From positions 1-63,346 of the forward strand of contig CAYZHO010000002.1 in the NCBI GenBank assembly GCA_964478045.1: DNA of 63,346 nt. Direction: 5' to 3'. Positions 9,062-17,731 of this stretch are shown piece after piece. This DNA comes from an uncultured Myxococcales bacterium. GTDB lineage: Bacteria > Desulfobacterota > Binatia > UBA1149 > SPBQ01. The translations under genes were made by a program, and so were the position numbers. The first letter of the stretch is position 1; each line of letters starts with the position of its first letter. The notes beneath the pieces are model-generated. The model searched no databases. It worked only from the letters and a program-made list of their open reading frames with translations, and had not been told where the DNA came from.

Positions 9062-11944
9062 TTACGCCCAGGGACGCTCGCGCCGCCGCTTCACGGGCTC
9101 GAGCTCGATGCGCGTGCCGCGGTCGTTCATTCCCGGCTCGCCCATGATCATGAGCGGCTGCAAGTGGTAGTAGCCGCCCGCCAACTGGATCGGGTTGAGC
9201 GGGGTTGCAACAATCGACTGGTGGGAGCGCCTGTGCTTGAACTGGTGCGGCTCCCACGCGTGGTAGACCGCCACCTGCCCGGGCCGCATGGACGGCGCGA
9301 TCTTCGCCTCGACCTCGAAGCTGCCCAGGTCGTTTCGAACGCGCACGAGATCGCCGTCTTCGATTCCGCGTTCGGCCGCGTCGCGAGGATGGATGAACGC
9401 TACCGGCCGCCCGCGCTGCAGCCGCAGCATCAGCGGATTGTCGCGCCAGGAAGCGTGGATCGACCAGCGGGTGTGGCCGCCGGTCATCTTGAGCGGATAG
9501 TCGCCGCCGATCGGCGGGTTGTCCTTGTGTACGGGTAGAACCTCACCGAGCTCGCGGTAGAACGGGTGATCGATGTAGAACTGCATCCGCCGCGTGAGCG
9601 TCGGCCACGGCTGCTTGTCGCGCACGTGCCAAGTGTTGGCCGTAATCGTTTCGTTCGGTTCGATGTCGGTGGCGTTTCCGATGTTGACCGGGCTGCTGCC
9701 AAGCGCGGTAAAGCGGGCGAACCCCTTCTCCTTCAGTTCGTCCCACGTCACGCCGCCGAGGTTCGTGTTCACCTCGAGAAGGGCCCGCAGGAACTCTTCA
9801 CCGTTTTCTTCCGTGTAGCGGCCGCCGTATGTCATCCGGTAATAGACTTGGTCGAGCCGGCGCTCTTTGCCGCTACGGTCCCGGAACGTGCGGATCCCGC
9901 GCTGCTTGGCGCGCTTCTCGATGTGCTTCATGAACAGGCAATGGATCGCCCAGTCTGACTTCGCCTCTCCAAGCGGCTCGACGGCTTTCGTCGTAACCTG
10001 GCAGAACGGCGCGTGAGGCGTGGCCCACGTGATGTCGTCGCGCTCGTACCAAGCGGCAGCTGGCAGCACGTAGTCTCCGTACAGTGCCGTCGTGCTCATT
10101 CGCCAGTCGACAACGACGAACAAGTCGAGGCGCGGCAAGAAGTTGTCGATCAGCTCCGGATAGCCCCGCACGCGCCGCAGGAAGTTGCCGCCGACCGAGA
10201 AGAAGATCTTGGGCTCTGTCTCGGGAACGACTTGCCATCCCTTTGCCTTGGCCTCGGCCAAGTACTCGGACATCTCGCGGGGCAAAGAGCGATCCCAGCG
10301 CTTGGCGCTTCCGGTGCGCGCTTGCATGCCGAACTGGTGGAAAAACAGGGGCGACGGCACGAAACCGCCACGCCGGTACTCCTCCCGGGCCTGTTCGACG
10401 AGGAACATCTCCCAGGTCTTCCCCTCGGCCTTTGCCTTTAGGATGGCCGGGGCCTTTTCCACGCCGAGTGCGATCATGCCGAGCTTGAGCGGCATCACGG
10501 GCGCCACTCCAGCCGCCTCGGGCGCTTCGACCGTCAGCCACGGGAAGGCGTTCATCCCCGCTCCTTTCTTGCCAATGTGGCCGCATAGGGCGAGGACGAG
10601 GATCTGCGCCCGCTCCATTTCCATGCCGTGGTAGTACTTCGAGAAGTTCGACTCGGTCATGATCGTCGCCGCGCGCGCTCGCCCGATCATTCGGGCGAGC
10701 TTGCGAATGAGCGACGGCGGCGTGCCGGTCACCTTGGCTGCTTCTTCGGGCTTGTAGCGGGCCAAGTGACGGCGCAGCCGCGCGAACACCGGTTCCACGG
10801 TGACCGGGCCGTCGGCCGTGCGGACCGTGAACTCTCCTTCGAGCGCCGGACGCCGGCCGCCAAGTTCGAGGGAGCGCCGCGGAGCCGGTTCGACGCGGTC
10901 GGCCGCTTCGTCGAAGAAGTAAAAGACGTCGTCCGCACCTCCTTTGGTGAAGTCCCGCTCCCGGAGCAGGAGCCCGTTGTCCTTGCGCACAAGCAGCGGC
11001 AAGTCGGTCTGTTCTCGGACGAAGTCCCGGTCGAAGAGGCCTTCCTCGATGATCACGTGCGCCAGCGACAGCCCAAGCGCCGCGTCGGTTCCCATCTCGA
11101 CCGGGACCCACAGATCCGAATGGATCGACGACGCACTGTAGTCCGGCGCGATCGTGACGACCGTTGCGCCATTATAGCGCGTCTCGGTCAGGAAGTGCGC
11201 GTTCGGAATCTGCGTGTAGATCGGATTGCCGCCCCAGATCAGTACCAAGTCCGAGTAGAACCAATCGTCCGCCGAGCTCGCGTAGCAGATCTTCCCCGTT
11301 GTAACCGCCGCACCGGGATGGTGGTCGCCGATCTCGGCGTTCGCGTCGAGCATGATACTGTCGAGGACGAAGTTGTTGCGGACAACACCGACGCCGTGGC
11401 CGCCGTTCGTAAAGGAGGTGCCGAAGTCCCAGTAGATCGAGCCAGGTCCGTCGGTGACCAGCACGTCGATCATCCGGTCCGCGATGTCGTCGAGCGCTTC
11501 CTCCCAGCTCACCCGTTTCCACCGTCCTTGACCGCGCCGCCCGACGCGCTTGAGGGGGTGCGTGATACGCCCCGGGTCGTACATGCGGTGGCTATAGCAG
11601 CCTCCTTTTTGGCAACCGCGCGGATTGTAGTCGGGAACGTCCGCGTTGGTCTGCGGGTAGATTCCAGCCTGTTCTTCGCGCAGAACCACCCCATCCTTGA
11701 CGTAGACGTTCCAGTTGCAGCCGCGCTGGTACCAGCAGTTAACGTGATGGGTCCCCTTGGCCACGCGGTCCCACTTCCAGCGCTCCCTGTAGACGTCCTG
11801 CCACTTCTCGTAGCGGACGGGCACCGGCGCGCCCGCGTGGGCGAAATCCGCCCGGAGCACCAGCCGCCCGAGGGTAAGCCCGAGTGCAGCCGCTCCGGTA
11901 GCCTGCAAGAACTGGCGGCGAGTGAGTTTCGTGGAATCCGTCAT
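9062..11944 (-). CDS. Type II DMSO-reductase-family molybdopterin oxidoreductase alpha subunit, EbdA/NarG-like, Tat signal (paralog A1)
   Basis: The ATG at 11944 (ATGA overlap with the A2 stop) gives MTDSTKLTRRQFLQATGAAAL. FS0-type motif HHVNC-x5-C-x34-C. Conserved blocks EQTDLPLLVR, WPTLTRRMQFYIDH, GGHTRWSIH. 960 aa. Confidence 0.88.
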   Translation of the reverse strand: MTDSTKLTRRQFLQATGAAALGLTLGRLVLRADFAHAGAPVPVRYEKWQDVYRERWKWDRVAKGTHHVNCWYQRGCNWNVYVKDGVVLREEQAGIYPQTNADVPDYNPRGCQKGGCYSHRMYDPGRITHPLKRVGRRGQGRWKRVSWEEALDDIADRMIDVLVTDGPGSIYWDFGTSFTNGGHGVGVVRNNFVLDSIMLDANAEIGDHHPGAAVTTGKICYASSADDWFYSDLVLIWGGNPIYTQIPNAHFLTETRYNGATVVTIAPDYSASSIHSDLWVPVEMGTDAALGLSLAHVIIEEGLFDRDFVREQTDLPLLVRKDNGLLLRERDFTKGGADDVFYFFDEAADRVEPAPRRSLELGGRRPALEGEFTVRTADGPVTVEPVFARLRRHLARYKPEEAAKVTGTPPSLIRKLARMIGRARAATIMTESNFSKYYHGMEMERAQILVLALCGHIGKKGAGMNAFPWLTVEAPEAAGVAPVMPLKLGMIALGVEKAPAILKAKAEGKTWEMFLVEQAREEYRRGGFVPSPLFFHQFGMQARTGSAKRWDRSLPREMSEYLAEAKAKGWQVVPETEPKIFFSVGGNFLRRVRGYPELIDNFLPRLDLFVVVDWRMSTTALYGDYVLPAAAWYERDDITWATPHAPFCQVTTKAVEPLGEAKSDWAIHCLFMKHIEKRAKQRGIRTFRDRSGKERRLDQVYYRMTYGGRYTEENGEEFLRALLEVNTNLGGVTWDELKEKGFARFTALGSSPVNIGNATDIEPNETITANTWHVRDKQPWPTLTRRMQFYIDHPFYRELGEVLPVHKDNPPIGGDYPLKMTGGHTRWSIHASWRDNPLMLRLQRGRPVAFIHPRDAAERGIEDGDLVRVRNDLGSFEVEAKIAPSMRPGQVAVYHAWEPHQFKHRRSHQSIVATPLNPIQLAGGYYHLQPLMIMGEPGMNDRGTRIELEPVKRRRERPWA

Positions 11945-14793
11945 ACGCGCTCGACCTCCACGGTCGTACCCCGCGGCGTGTGGTGCGGGCCCGCAAACAA
12001 GAAGCGATAGTGAAGCTGCCCGTACTCGGTCATGTGCAGCGCCTTCCAGGGAGAAGGAACGGGTTGCTGGTTGCTCTTCCAATCCTTGAACTGGTGCGGC
12101 TCCCAGGCGTGATAAATGATCAATTGGCCCGGCTGCACGGCCGGACTGATCTTGGCGAGCATCTCGCACGAGCCGACGTCGTTGTACACCCGGACCCGGT
12201 CGTTGTCCCGTATGCCCCGGCGCTTGGCGTCTTCCTTGCTCATGTAGAGCGCCGGCTCACCCCGCTGCAAGCGAAGCATGAGCGGTTCGTCGCGCCAGGT
12301 GGAGTGAATCGACCACCTCGTATGCCCGCCGGTCATTCGCAGCGGATAGTTGCCGCCCGCCGGCGGCGGCTCCTTGTGTACCGGCAACTCCTCGCCAGCT
12401 TCGAGGAACCACGGATGGTCGATGTAAAACTGCATGCGACCGGTGAGCGTGGGCCAGGGTTGCTTGTGCTGTACGAACCACTGGCACGGATAGATGGAGT
12501 CCTCGGGCTCCCAATCGCTGCAAATGTTCGTGTGGGTGCGGAAGGGCCCCAGCGCCTTGATCGGAACCGCTCCCTGCTCGGCCGCCTCTTTCCAAGAGAT
12601 GTAGCCCATCTCGGGCGACTCGCTGGCTGCGATTTCGTAGTAACGCAGGTCGTCGTCCGGATCGAACTCGCCGTCGTGCGACCAGCGGTCGTAAATCCGG
12701 GAAAAGTCGCGCGGGTTGCCGTGAGCATCCGGTACCTTTGAGATACCCCGGGCGCGGGCCTTCTCTTGGAGAATCCGAGCAACATCGCCCCAAATCTTCC
12801 ACTCTGTGCGCGACTCCCCTAGCGGAGGAACCCCCTGCTCGCCGACCATGTAGTACGGCACGTAACTCTGGGCGTACTTGATCCCGCGGCGCTCGTAGTA
12901 CCCAGCCGCCGGCAATACGATGTCCGACTTGAGCGCCGTCGCCGACATCTTGATGTTGACGCCGACGATCAAGTCGCACTTCGGCCACAGGGTCTTTTCG
13001 ATCACCTGAGGCGCAGGCCAGCGCCGCAGTGGATTCACCCTCGTGTGCACGAGGATGCGGGGCCGCTTTTCGCGGCGCGGGAATAACGGAACCCAGTTGT
13101 TCTCTACCGCTTCGTGCATGGCCTCGGGAAGCGGCTTGCCGGGCTTCGGATCGTGATAGCTGGGGTTGTCGACCACCTCGTTCAACCCGCCGTGGTGGTA
13201 CAGGAACATCAGCGCCGGCGTGTAGAGTTTGCTCTTCTCGTAGTCGCGGAAGTACTTGATGTATTCGCGGACGGTCGGCTTGAAGAGCTTGAGCAGCAAG
13301 CGCTGATACCAAGTCGGCTTCACTCCAGAGACCGCCGACTCGATGCTGCTCAACATGTACCACGCACCGATCTTCAGGCCCGTACCGCGGTAGCCGACGT
13401 TTCCCGTCAGCGCGAGAAGCAAGATGATGCCGCGCTGGAATAGGTCGCTGTGGTAATGCTTCATCGACCCCCACGACGCAAACATGTTGACGGCCTTCGC
13501 CCGGGCCATTTCGCGCGCCAACTCCCGGATCGTCTCGGCGCCCACGCCCGTAATACGCTCCACGCGCTCGGGCGTGTAGTCAGCGAGCCGCTTCTTGAGA
13601 TACTCGAACACCGGGCGTACCCGCACCGTCTCCCCGCTTGCCAACTTCACCTCGAAGCGGCCCTCGAGGGCGGGATCGAGATTGCCGAGAGCGAGCGTGC
13701 TGCGCCGGCCGAGCCCCTCGCTGCCGGGGGCCTTGGCCAAGCGACCACCGGCGAGGTCCCACAGGTAGAAGACGTTATCGGCTCCGCCTTTTTTGAGGTC
13801 CGATTCGCGCAGGAAGCGCCGCGTGTCTTCACGCACTAGCAAAGGCAAATCGGTTTGCTCCTTGACGTAGTGCGCTTTGTAGATTCCCTCGTCCACCATG
13901 ACCTTGGCCATCCCCAGGGCCAGGGCCGCGTCGGTTCCGACGCGCAGGTTGATCCATTGGTCTGCGTGGATCGTCGAGGCGTTGTAATCGGGTGCGACGC
14001 TGATCACCTTGGCGCCGCGGTAGCGGGCCTCCCAGAAGAAGTGCGCTTCAGGAATGCGCGTGTACGAAGGATTGCCCAACCAGATGAAGATGAGGTCGGA
14101 TCGGACGAAGTCGTCGGCTGTCCCGTCCGTATTGAAAAGCCCCCACGTCATGATCACGCCGAGCGGCATGTCGCCCACCGTCGCCCAACCGTCGAGCTGG
14201 GTTGCACCAATGTAGTCGAAGAACGACATTTCGCCCGACGTCGCGGCACCGTAGCCGGCATTTGCGGTACCGCTCTCGTGGATGATGCACTCGGGGCCGT
14301 CCTCGCGGATGACCTCGAGCATCTTTTCCGTAATCTCTTCGTAGGCTTCCTCCCAGGTAATGCGCTTCCACTTCCCGGAGCCACGCGGCCCAACCCGCTT
14401 TACGGGATACTTGAGCCGCTGCGGGCCGTACATCACCTGGCTGAAGCAGGCCCCCTTTTGGCAGCCGCGCGGATTGTAGTCGGGCAAGTCGGTCGCCCGC
14501 GCCTTCATGATCGCATTCTGCTCTTCGCGCCAGACGATTCCGTCTTTGATGTACAGAACCCAAGGGCATGCCGAGGCGCAGTTGGCCACGTGGTGCGTCG
14601 CGTTGACGACCTTATCCCAGGTCCACTTCTGCCGGTACACGTCCTCCCAAGACGCATAACCCCGGCCGCCGGTGGCGCCTCGCGCACCGCGCGCTCGCGC
14701 CTTTTGCGGTACGGCCAATCGTAACTGGAGCAACGAGAGGGTCAGTACCGCCGATCCTTTGAGGAACGTGCGCCGTGTCAGCCGATCCTTCAT
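11941..14793 (-). CDS. Type II DMSO-reductase-family molybdopterin oxidoreductase alpha subunit, EbdA/NarG-like, Tat signal (paralog A2)
   Basis: MKDRLTRRTFLKGSAV Tat motif. H-x3-C-x3-C-x34-C (HHVANCASAC...NPRGC). Blocks EQTDLPLLVR, WPTLTGRMQFYIDHPWF, GGHTRWSIH. AAGGAG RBS upstream. Confidence 0.9.
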   Translation of the reverse strand: MKDRLTRRTFLKGSAVLTLSLLQLRLAVPQKARARGARGATGGRGYASWEDVYRQKWTWDKVVNATHHVANCASACPWVLYIKDGIVWREEQNAIMKARATDLPDYNPRGCQKGACFSQVMYGPQRLKYPVKRVGPRGSGKWKRITWEEAYEEITEKMLEVIREDGPECIIHESGTANAGYGAATSGEMSFFDYIGATQLDGWATVGDMPLGVIMTWGLFNTDGTADDFVRSDLIFIWLGNPSYTRIPEAHFFWEARYRGAKVISVAPDYNASTIHADQWINLRVGTDAALALGMAKVMVDEGIYKAHYVKEQTDLPLLVREDTRRFLRESDLKKGGADNVFYLWDLAGGRLAKAPGSEGLGRRSTLALGNLDPALEGRFEVKLASGETVRVRPVFEYLKKRLADYTPERVERITGVGAETIRELAREMARAKAVNMFASWGSMKHYHSDLFQRGIILLLALTGNVGYRGTGLKIGAWYMLSSIESAVSGVKPTWYQRLLLKLFKPTVREYIKYFRDYEKSKLYTPALMFLYHHGGLNEVVDNPSYHDPKPGKPLPEAMHEAVENNWVPLFPRREKRPRILVHTRVNPLRRWPAPQVIEKTLWPKCDLIVGVNIKMSATALKSDIVLPAAGYYERRGIKYAQSYVPYYMVGEQGVPPLGESRTEWKIWGDVARILQEKARARGISKVPDAHGNPRDFSRIYDRWSHDGEFDPDDDLRYYEIAASESPEMGYISWKEAAEQGAVPIKALGPFRTHTNICSDWEPEDSIYPCQWFVQHKQPWPTLTGRMQFYIDHPWFLEAGEELPVHKEPPPAGGNYPLRMTGGHTRWSIHSTWRDEPLMLRLQRGEPALYMSKEDAKRRGIRDNDRVRVYNDVGSCEMLAKISPAVQPGQLIIYHAWEPHQFKDWKSNQQPVPSPWKALHMTEYGQLHYRFLFAGPHHTPRGTTVEVERV

Positions 14794-14836
14794 GACCTAC
14801 TCCTTCCCCTAGTCTCCCGCCTTGGGCTCTCGGCCT

Positions 14837-15904
14837 TTACGAGCGGGCGGGCAGTTTGGCCGGATTCTGTGTGAAATCGGGAAAGATCTGTTCCGGCCAC
14901 TTGTAGACCACGAGAGTGTCGAGGATCTCCGAGCGCTCGCCCCGCCGCACCCGCTCGAGCTCCGCTTGCAGCGTCGCGAGTGCTTCATCTACGCCTGGAC
15001 CGAACAAGCTGCGGAGGTACTCGGTCGGAATGCGCGGCCGGCTGCGATCAGGGTTGCCGTCCGGCCCGATCCGCGGCGGCGCAAGTGGAGGAACGTAGTA
15101 CACGTTCGGCTCGGTGTTGAACTCGGGGTGCAGCGGCAGCGCTACTTTCCACAGCTTCACGAGCTTGTAGATCGGACCGTTCGGATCGTCGAGATAGCCG
15201 ACGAAGCGCAGTCGCCCCGGGCACTGGCGGGCGCATGCCGGCGCCACCCCTTTTTCGAGGCGCGGGAAGCAGAAAATGCACTTCTGCGCGATCTTTCGCT
15301 TGACGTTAAAGTAAATCCGCTTGTACGGGCACGCTTCCATGCAGAACCGGTAGCCCCGGCAACGGTCTTCGTTGATCCGGACAATCCCGTCCTCCTCGCG
15401 CTTTTCGATCGCACCGCGGGGACATGCCTCGAGGCATGCGGGATGGGTACAGTGGTTGCAGATCCTGGGCAGGTAGAAGTAATAACAGTTGGGATAGTCT
15501 CCGGCGCCTTGGTCCTCGTCCCAGTTGGGCCCCCACTCAGGCTTTCTCCCTTGGGGCGCCAAATGTGCTTCCTGGCCTTTGCCCCCGTAGAAAACCTCTT
15601 CATAGTTGAACTGCCAGGCAACGCCGAAGTCTTCCATAGTCGGCAATTTCCCCGGACGCGGTACGCCCTCCCGGTCGAAGCCGCCTCCGGACTTCTCCCA
15701 GTCGCGCGGGGTGCCTCGACCGGGCATGGTGTTTACGACCGTCCACCACATGCCCTCCATTCCTTCCTCGCGCGTCCACAGGGTCTTGCATGCGATCGTG
15801 CAGGTCTGACAGCCAAGGCACTTGTTGAGATCGAAGACCATGGCGAGTTGATGGGCACTGCCCGTCGCGCCTTTTCTCCGGCGTCGCTGGGTTACGTCGG
15901 CCAT
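14837..15904 (-). CDS. NarH/EbdB-like iron-sulfur (beta) subunit, four Cys clusters (B1)
   Basis: CLGCQTCTIAC, CNHCTHPACLEAC, CRGYRFCMEACP and CIFCFPRLEKGVAPACARQCP Cys groups. 355 aa. GGGAGGA RBS. Very similar to 29343-30404. Confidence 0.92.
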   Translation of the reverse strand: MADVTQRRRRKGATGSAHQLAMVFDLNKCLGCQTCTIACKTLWTREEGMEGMWWTVVNTMPGRGTPRDWEKSGGGFDREGVPRPGKLPTMEDFGVAWQFNYEEVFYGGKGQEAHLAPQGRKPEWGPNWDEDQGAGDYPNCYYFYLPRICNHCTHPACLEACPRGAIEKREEDGIVRINEDRCRGYRFCMEACPYKRIYFNVKRKIAQKCIFCFPRLEKGVAPACARQCPGRLRFVGYLDDPNGPIYKLVKLWKVALPLHPEFNTEPNVYYVPPLAPPRIGPDGNPDRSRPRIPTEYLRSLFGPGVDEALATLQAELERVRRGERSEILDTLVVYKWPEQIFPDFTQNPAKLPARS

Positions 15905-15966
15905 CTGGTCCTCCCTTCGGCGCGCGCCCCGGCCTCCCGCGGGGGCAGCAGCCGGCGCGAGCTGTC

Positions 15967-15980
15967 CAAACGAACGTTTG
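15967..15980. promoter_or_regulatory. Inverted repeat CAAACG-AA-CGTTTG in an AT-rich divergent intergenic region (candidate operator)
   Basis: Read directly from the sequence. It lies in the most AT-rich stretch of the 15905-15998 spacer, between the B1-A2-A1 operon and the kinase gene. Confidence 0.3.
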
Positions 15981-15998
15981 TTTGTTTTTAGCTGCTAG

Positions 15999-17192
15999 TT
16001 GCCTGTATTGCAAGGGATTTCTCCGATCAGCGCACGCTGCAGGGTCGTTTTGCGTTGGCTCGAACAGCCCTTTAAAGAAGTCGAGCGCCTGCCGGGTGGC
16101 CGCCCAACGAGCGGAGAACAAGCAACATTGAGCGAACGGAACGCGCCTCGAACGGACGAGCAGATTCTCGCGGGCATCGAGCAGTTTCTGCGGGCCCGCC
16201 TGCCTGAGCGAAGCGGGCTCAAGGTCACCGGGCTCAAAAAGCACACGGAAGGATTTTCGCTGGAAACCTACTCGTTCGACGTCGAGTGGCACGAAAACGG
16301 GGGCAGGCGCACCGAGAGGCTCGTGGTTCGCAAGGAGCCGCCCGCGGGACTCCTCGAACCCTACGATCTCGAGCCGCAGTACCGCGTCCTCGCCGCCTTG
16401 GCCGACACCCCCGTGGTAGCCCCGCGCGTGCTGTGGTTCGAATCGGACCCGTCTTTTCTCGGTGCTCCCTTCTACGTCATGGAGTGGGTCGAGGGGGAGG
16501 TCCCGCTTCCGATCCTCGACGAAGACGGGGGGCTGCCGATTCGCGACGATGCGGTTCGCGAGAGCGTCGGGCGTGACTTCGCGCGGATTCTCGCGGCAAT
16601 CCACACCGTGGACTGGCGCGCCAAGGAGCTTGACTTCCTCGGAGCTCCCCGCGACGGGCGGGATGCGGCCGAGCGCGCGGTCGACACGTGGGCGGGCTAC
16701 ATCGAGCGGGCCCGTCTCGGCCCCTTGCCGATGCTCACGTACGCGCTGGGATGGCTGCGGCGGCATTTGCCGCGCGAGGCACCCATCACGCTCGTCCACG
16801 GCGACTACCGTACCGGCAACTTCATCATGCGCGCAGGCCGGATCGTCGCCTTCCTCGACTGGGAGATGGTCCACCTGGGCGATCCGATGGAAGACGTGGC
16901 CTGGAGCGTCTCGCGAATTTGGCGCGGTGAATCTGGGCTGGCCGGCCACTTGATCGAACGAGAGCGGCTGTTCGAGTGGTACCGCGAAGCCGGCGGCCAC
17001 GAAGTCGACGAGGAACGCGTGCGTTTCTATGAAGTTCTCTCGGGCGTCAAGATGGCCGCGATCATGCTCACCGGGATCAAGGCTTGGCACGACGGGCGAA
17101 CCCGTGACATGCGCATGGGATTCTTCGATCAGCAGTTGGCGGGAATGCATGCGATCATCGCGGACGCGATGGGCTTGATCCAACTTCCATAG
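15999..17192 (+). CDS. APH-family phosphotransferase (aminoglycoside/choline-kinase-like kinase fold)
   Basis: Catalytic-loop motif HGDYRTGNFIM (HxDxxxxN) and FLDWEMVHLGDPMEDVAW. The start is uncertain. The listed start is a TTG at 15999. An in-frame TTG at 16128 preceded by GGAGAA is an alternative. Confidence 0.75.
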   Translation: MPVLQGISPISARCRVVLRWLEQPFKEVERLPGGRPTSGEQATLSERNAPRTDEQILAGIEQFLRARLPERSGLKVTGLKKHTEGFSLETYSFDVEWHENGGRRTERLVVRKEPPAGLLEPYDLEPQYRVLAALADTPVVAPRVLWFESDPSFLGAPFYVMEWVEGEVPLPILDEDGGLPIRDDAVRESVGRDFARILAAIHTVDWRAKELDFLGAPRDGRDAAERAVDTWAGYIERARLGPLPMLTYALGWLRRHLPREAPITLVHGDYRTGNFIMRAGRIVAFLDWEMVHLGDPMEDVAWSVSRIWRGESGLAGHLIERERLFEWYREAGGHEVDEERVRFYEVLSGVKMAAIMLTGIKAWHDGRTRDMRMGFFDQQLAGMHAIIADAMGLIQLP

Positions 17193-17214
17193 CGAAGATC
17201 GACTCGGGCAAACG

Positions 17215-17709
17215 ATGAACGTACTCGACCTTGACGAGATGCTTTCGGGAATCGTCCGTACGCTGGACGAACAAGTCGGGCCGCACGTAGCGGCCGGCCC
17301 CGCACGGGCCCAGCTGTACGCCTCTCTCGACCTGCTGAACAATCTCGCATCGAAACTCGAATGGAAGCGCGAACTCTTGCAGGCGGAGGGCGACGGCATC
17401 GCCGCCGCGCTACAGCAAGTCGCCGATGTCCTGTCGGGAACCCCCAGCCTTCCCCAACCGCTGGCTACGCTCTCGGAAGAAGCGCAGCGGCTTGCTTCGA
17501 GCCCCGACCGCACGGACGATCCGCTGGCCTGGTGCCGGCGTTGCAACGAGGTTCTCGAGCGCGCGATCGTTGCCCTCGACGAAGCAAACCTCGACGAACA
17601 GGCTGCGGCTAGTGCCCGAGCGGCAATCGAAGGCTACCTGGTCAATCAGACCATCCGGGATTCCATGTTCATCAAGCCAATGATGCTGAAGAAAATCTCG
17701 CAAGGATGA
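17215..17709 (+). CDS. Hypothetical helical protein (164 aa), co-oriented with the kinase
   Basis: Compact ORF 22 nt after the kinase stop. Codon usage is consistent with neighbouring genes. No motif recognised. Confidence 0.5.
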   Translation: MNVLDLDEMLSGIVRTLDEQVGPHVAAGPARAQLYASLDLLNNLASKLEWKRELLQAEGDGIAAALQQVADVLSGTPSLPQPLATLSEEAQRLASSPDRTDDPLAWCRRCNEVLERAIVALDEANLDEQAAASARAAIEGYLVNQTIRDSMFIKPMMLKKISQG

Positions 17710-17731
17710 ACCGCCGAAGAGGAGAAGGACG

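Noticed and set aside
11945-12169. N-terminal extensions in the longest-ORF track. Examples: 9062-12169, 20746-24246, 18705-20636, 40301-42325, 42838-45027, 44163-45392, 51056-52258, 3981-6152, 7258-9042.
   Set aside because: The extra codons lie inside the upstream gene and translate to Arg/Pro/Gly/Ala-rich low-complexity sequence. They are followed by an internal ATG or GTG that overlaps the upstream stop and immediately yields a Tat signal, a Sec signal or a family-typical N-terminus. The starts were trimmed accordingly.
15999-16127. The TTG at 15999 as the definite start of the kinase gene.
   Set aside because: It lies within the AT-rich promoter-like spacer, and the first ~40 residues (PVLQGISPISARCRVVLRWLEQ..) look non-native. 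The in-frame TTG at 16128 with a GGAGAA RBS is at least as plausible. The coordinates were kept but flagged as uncertain.
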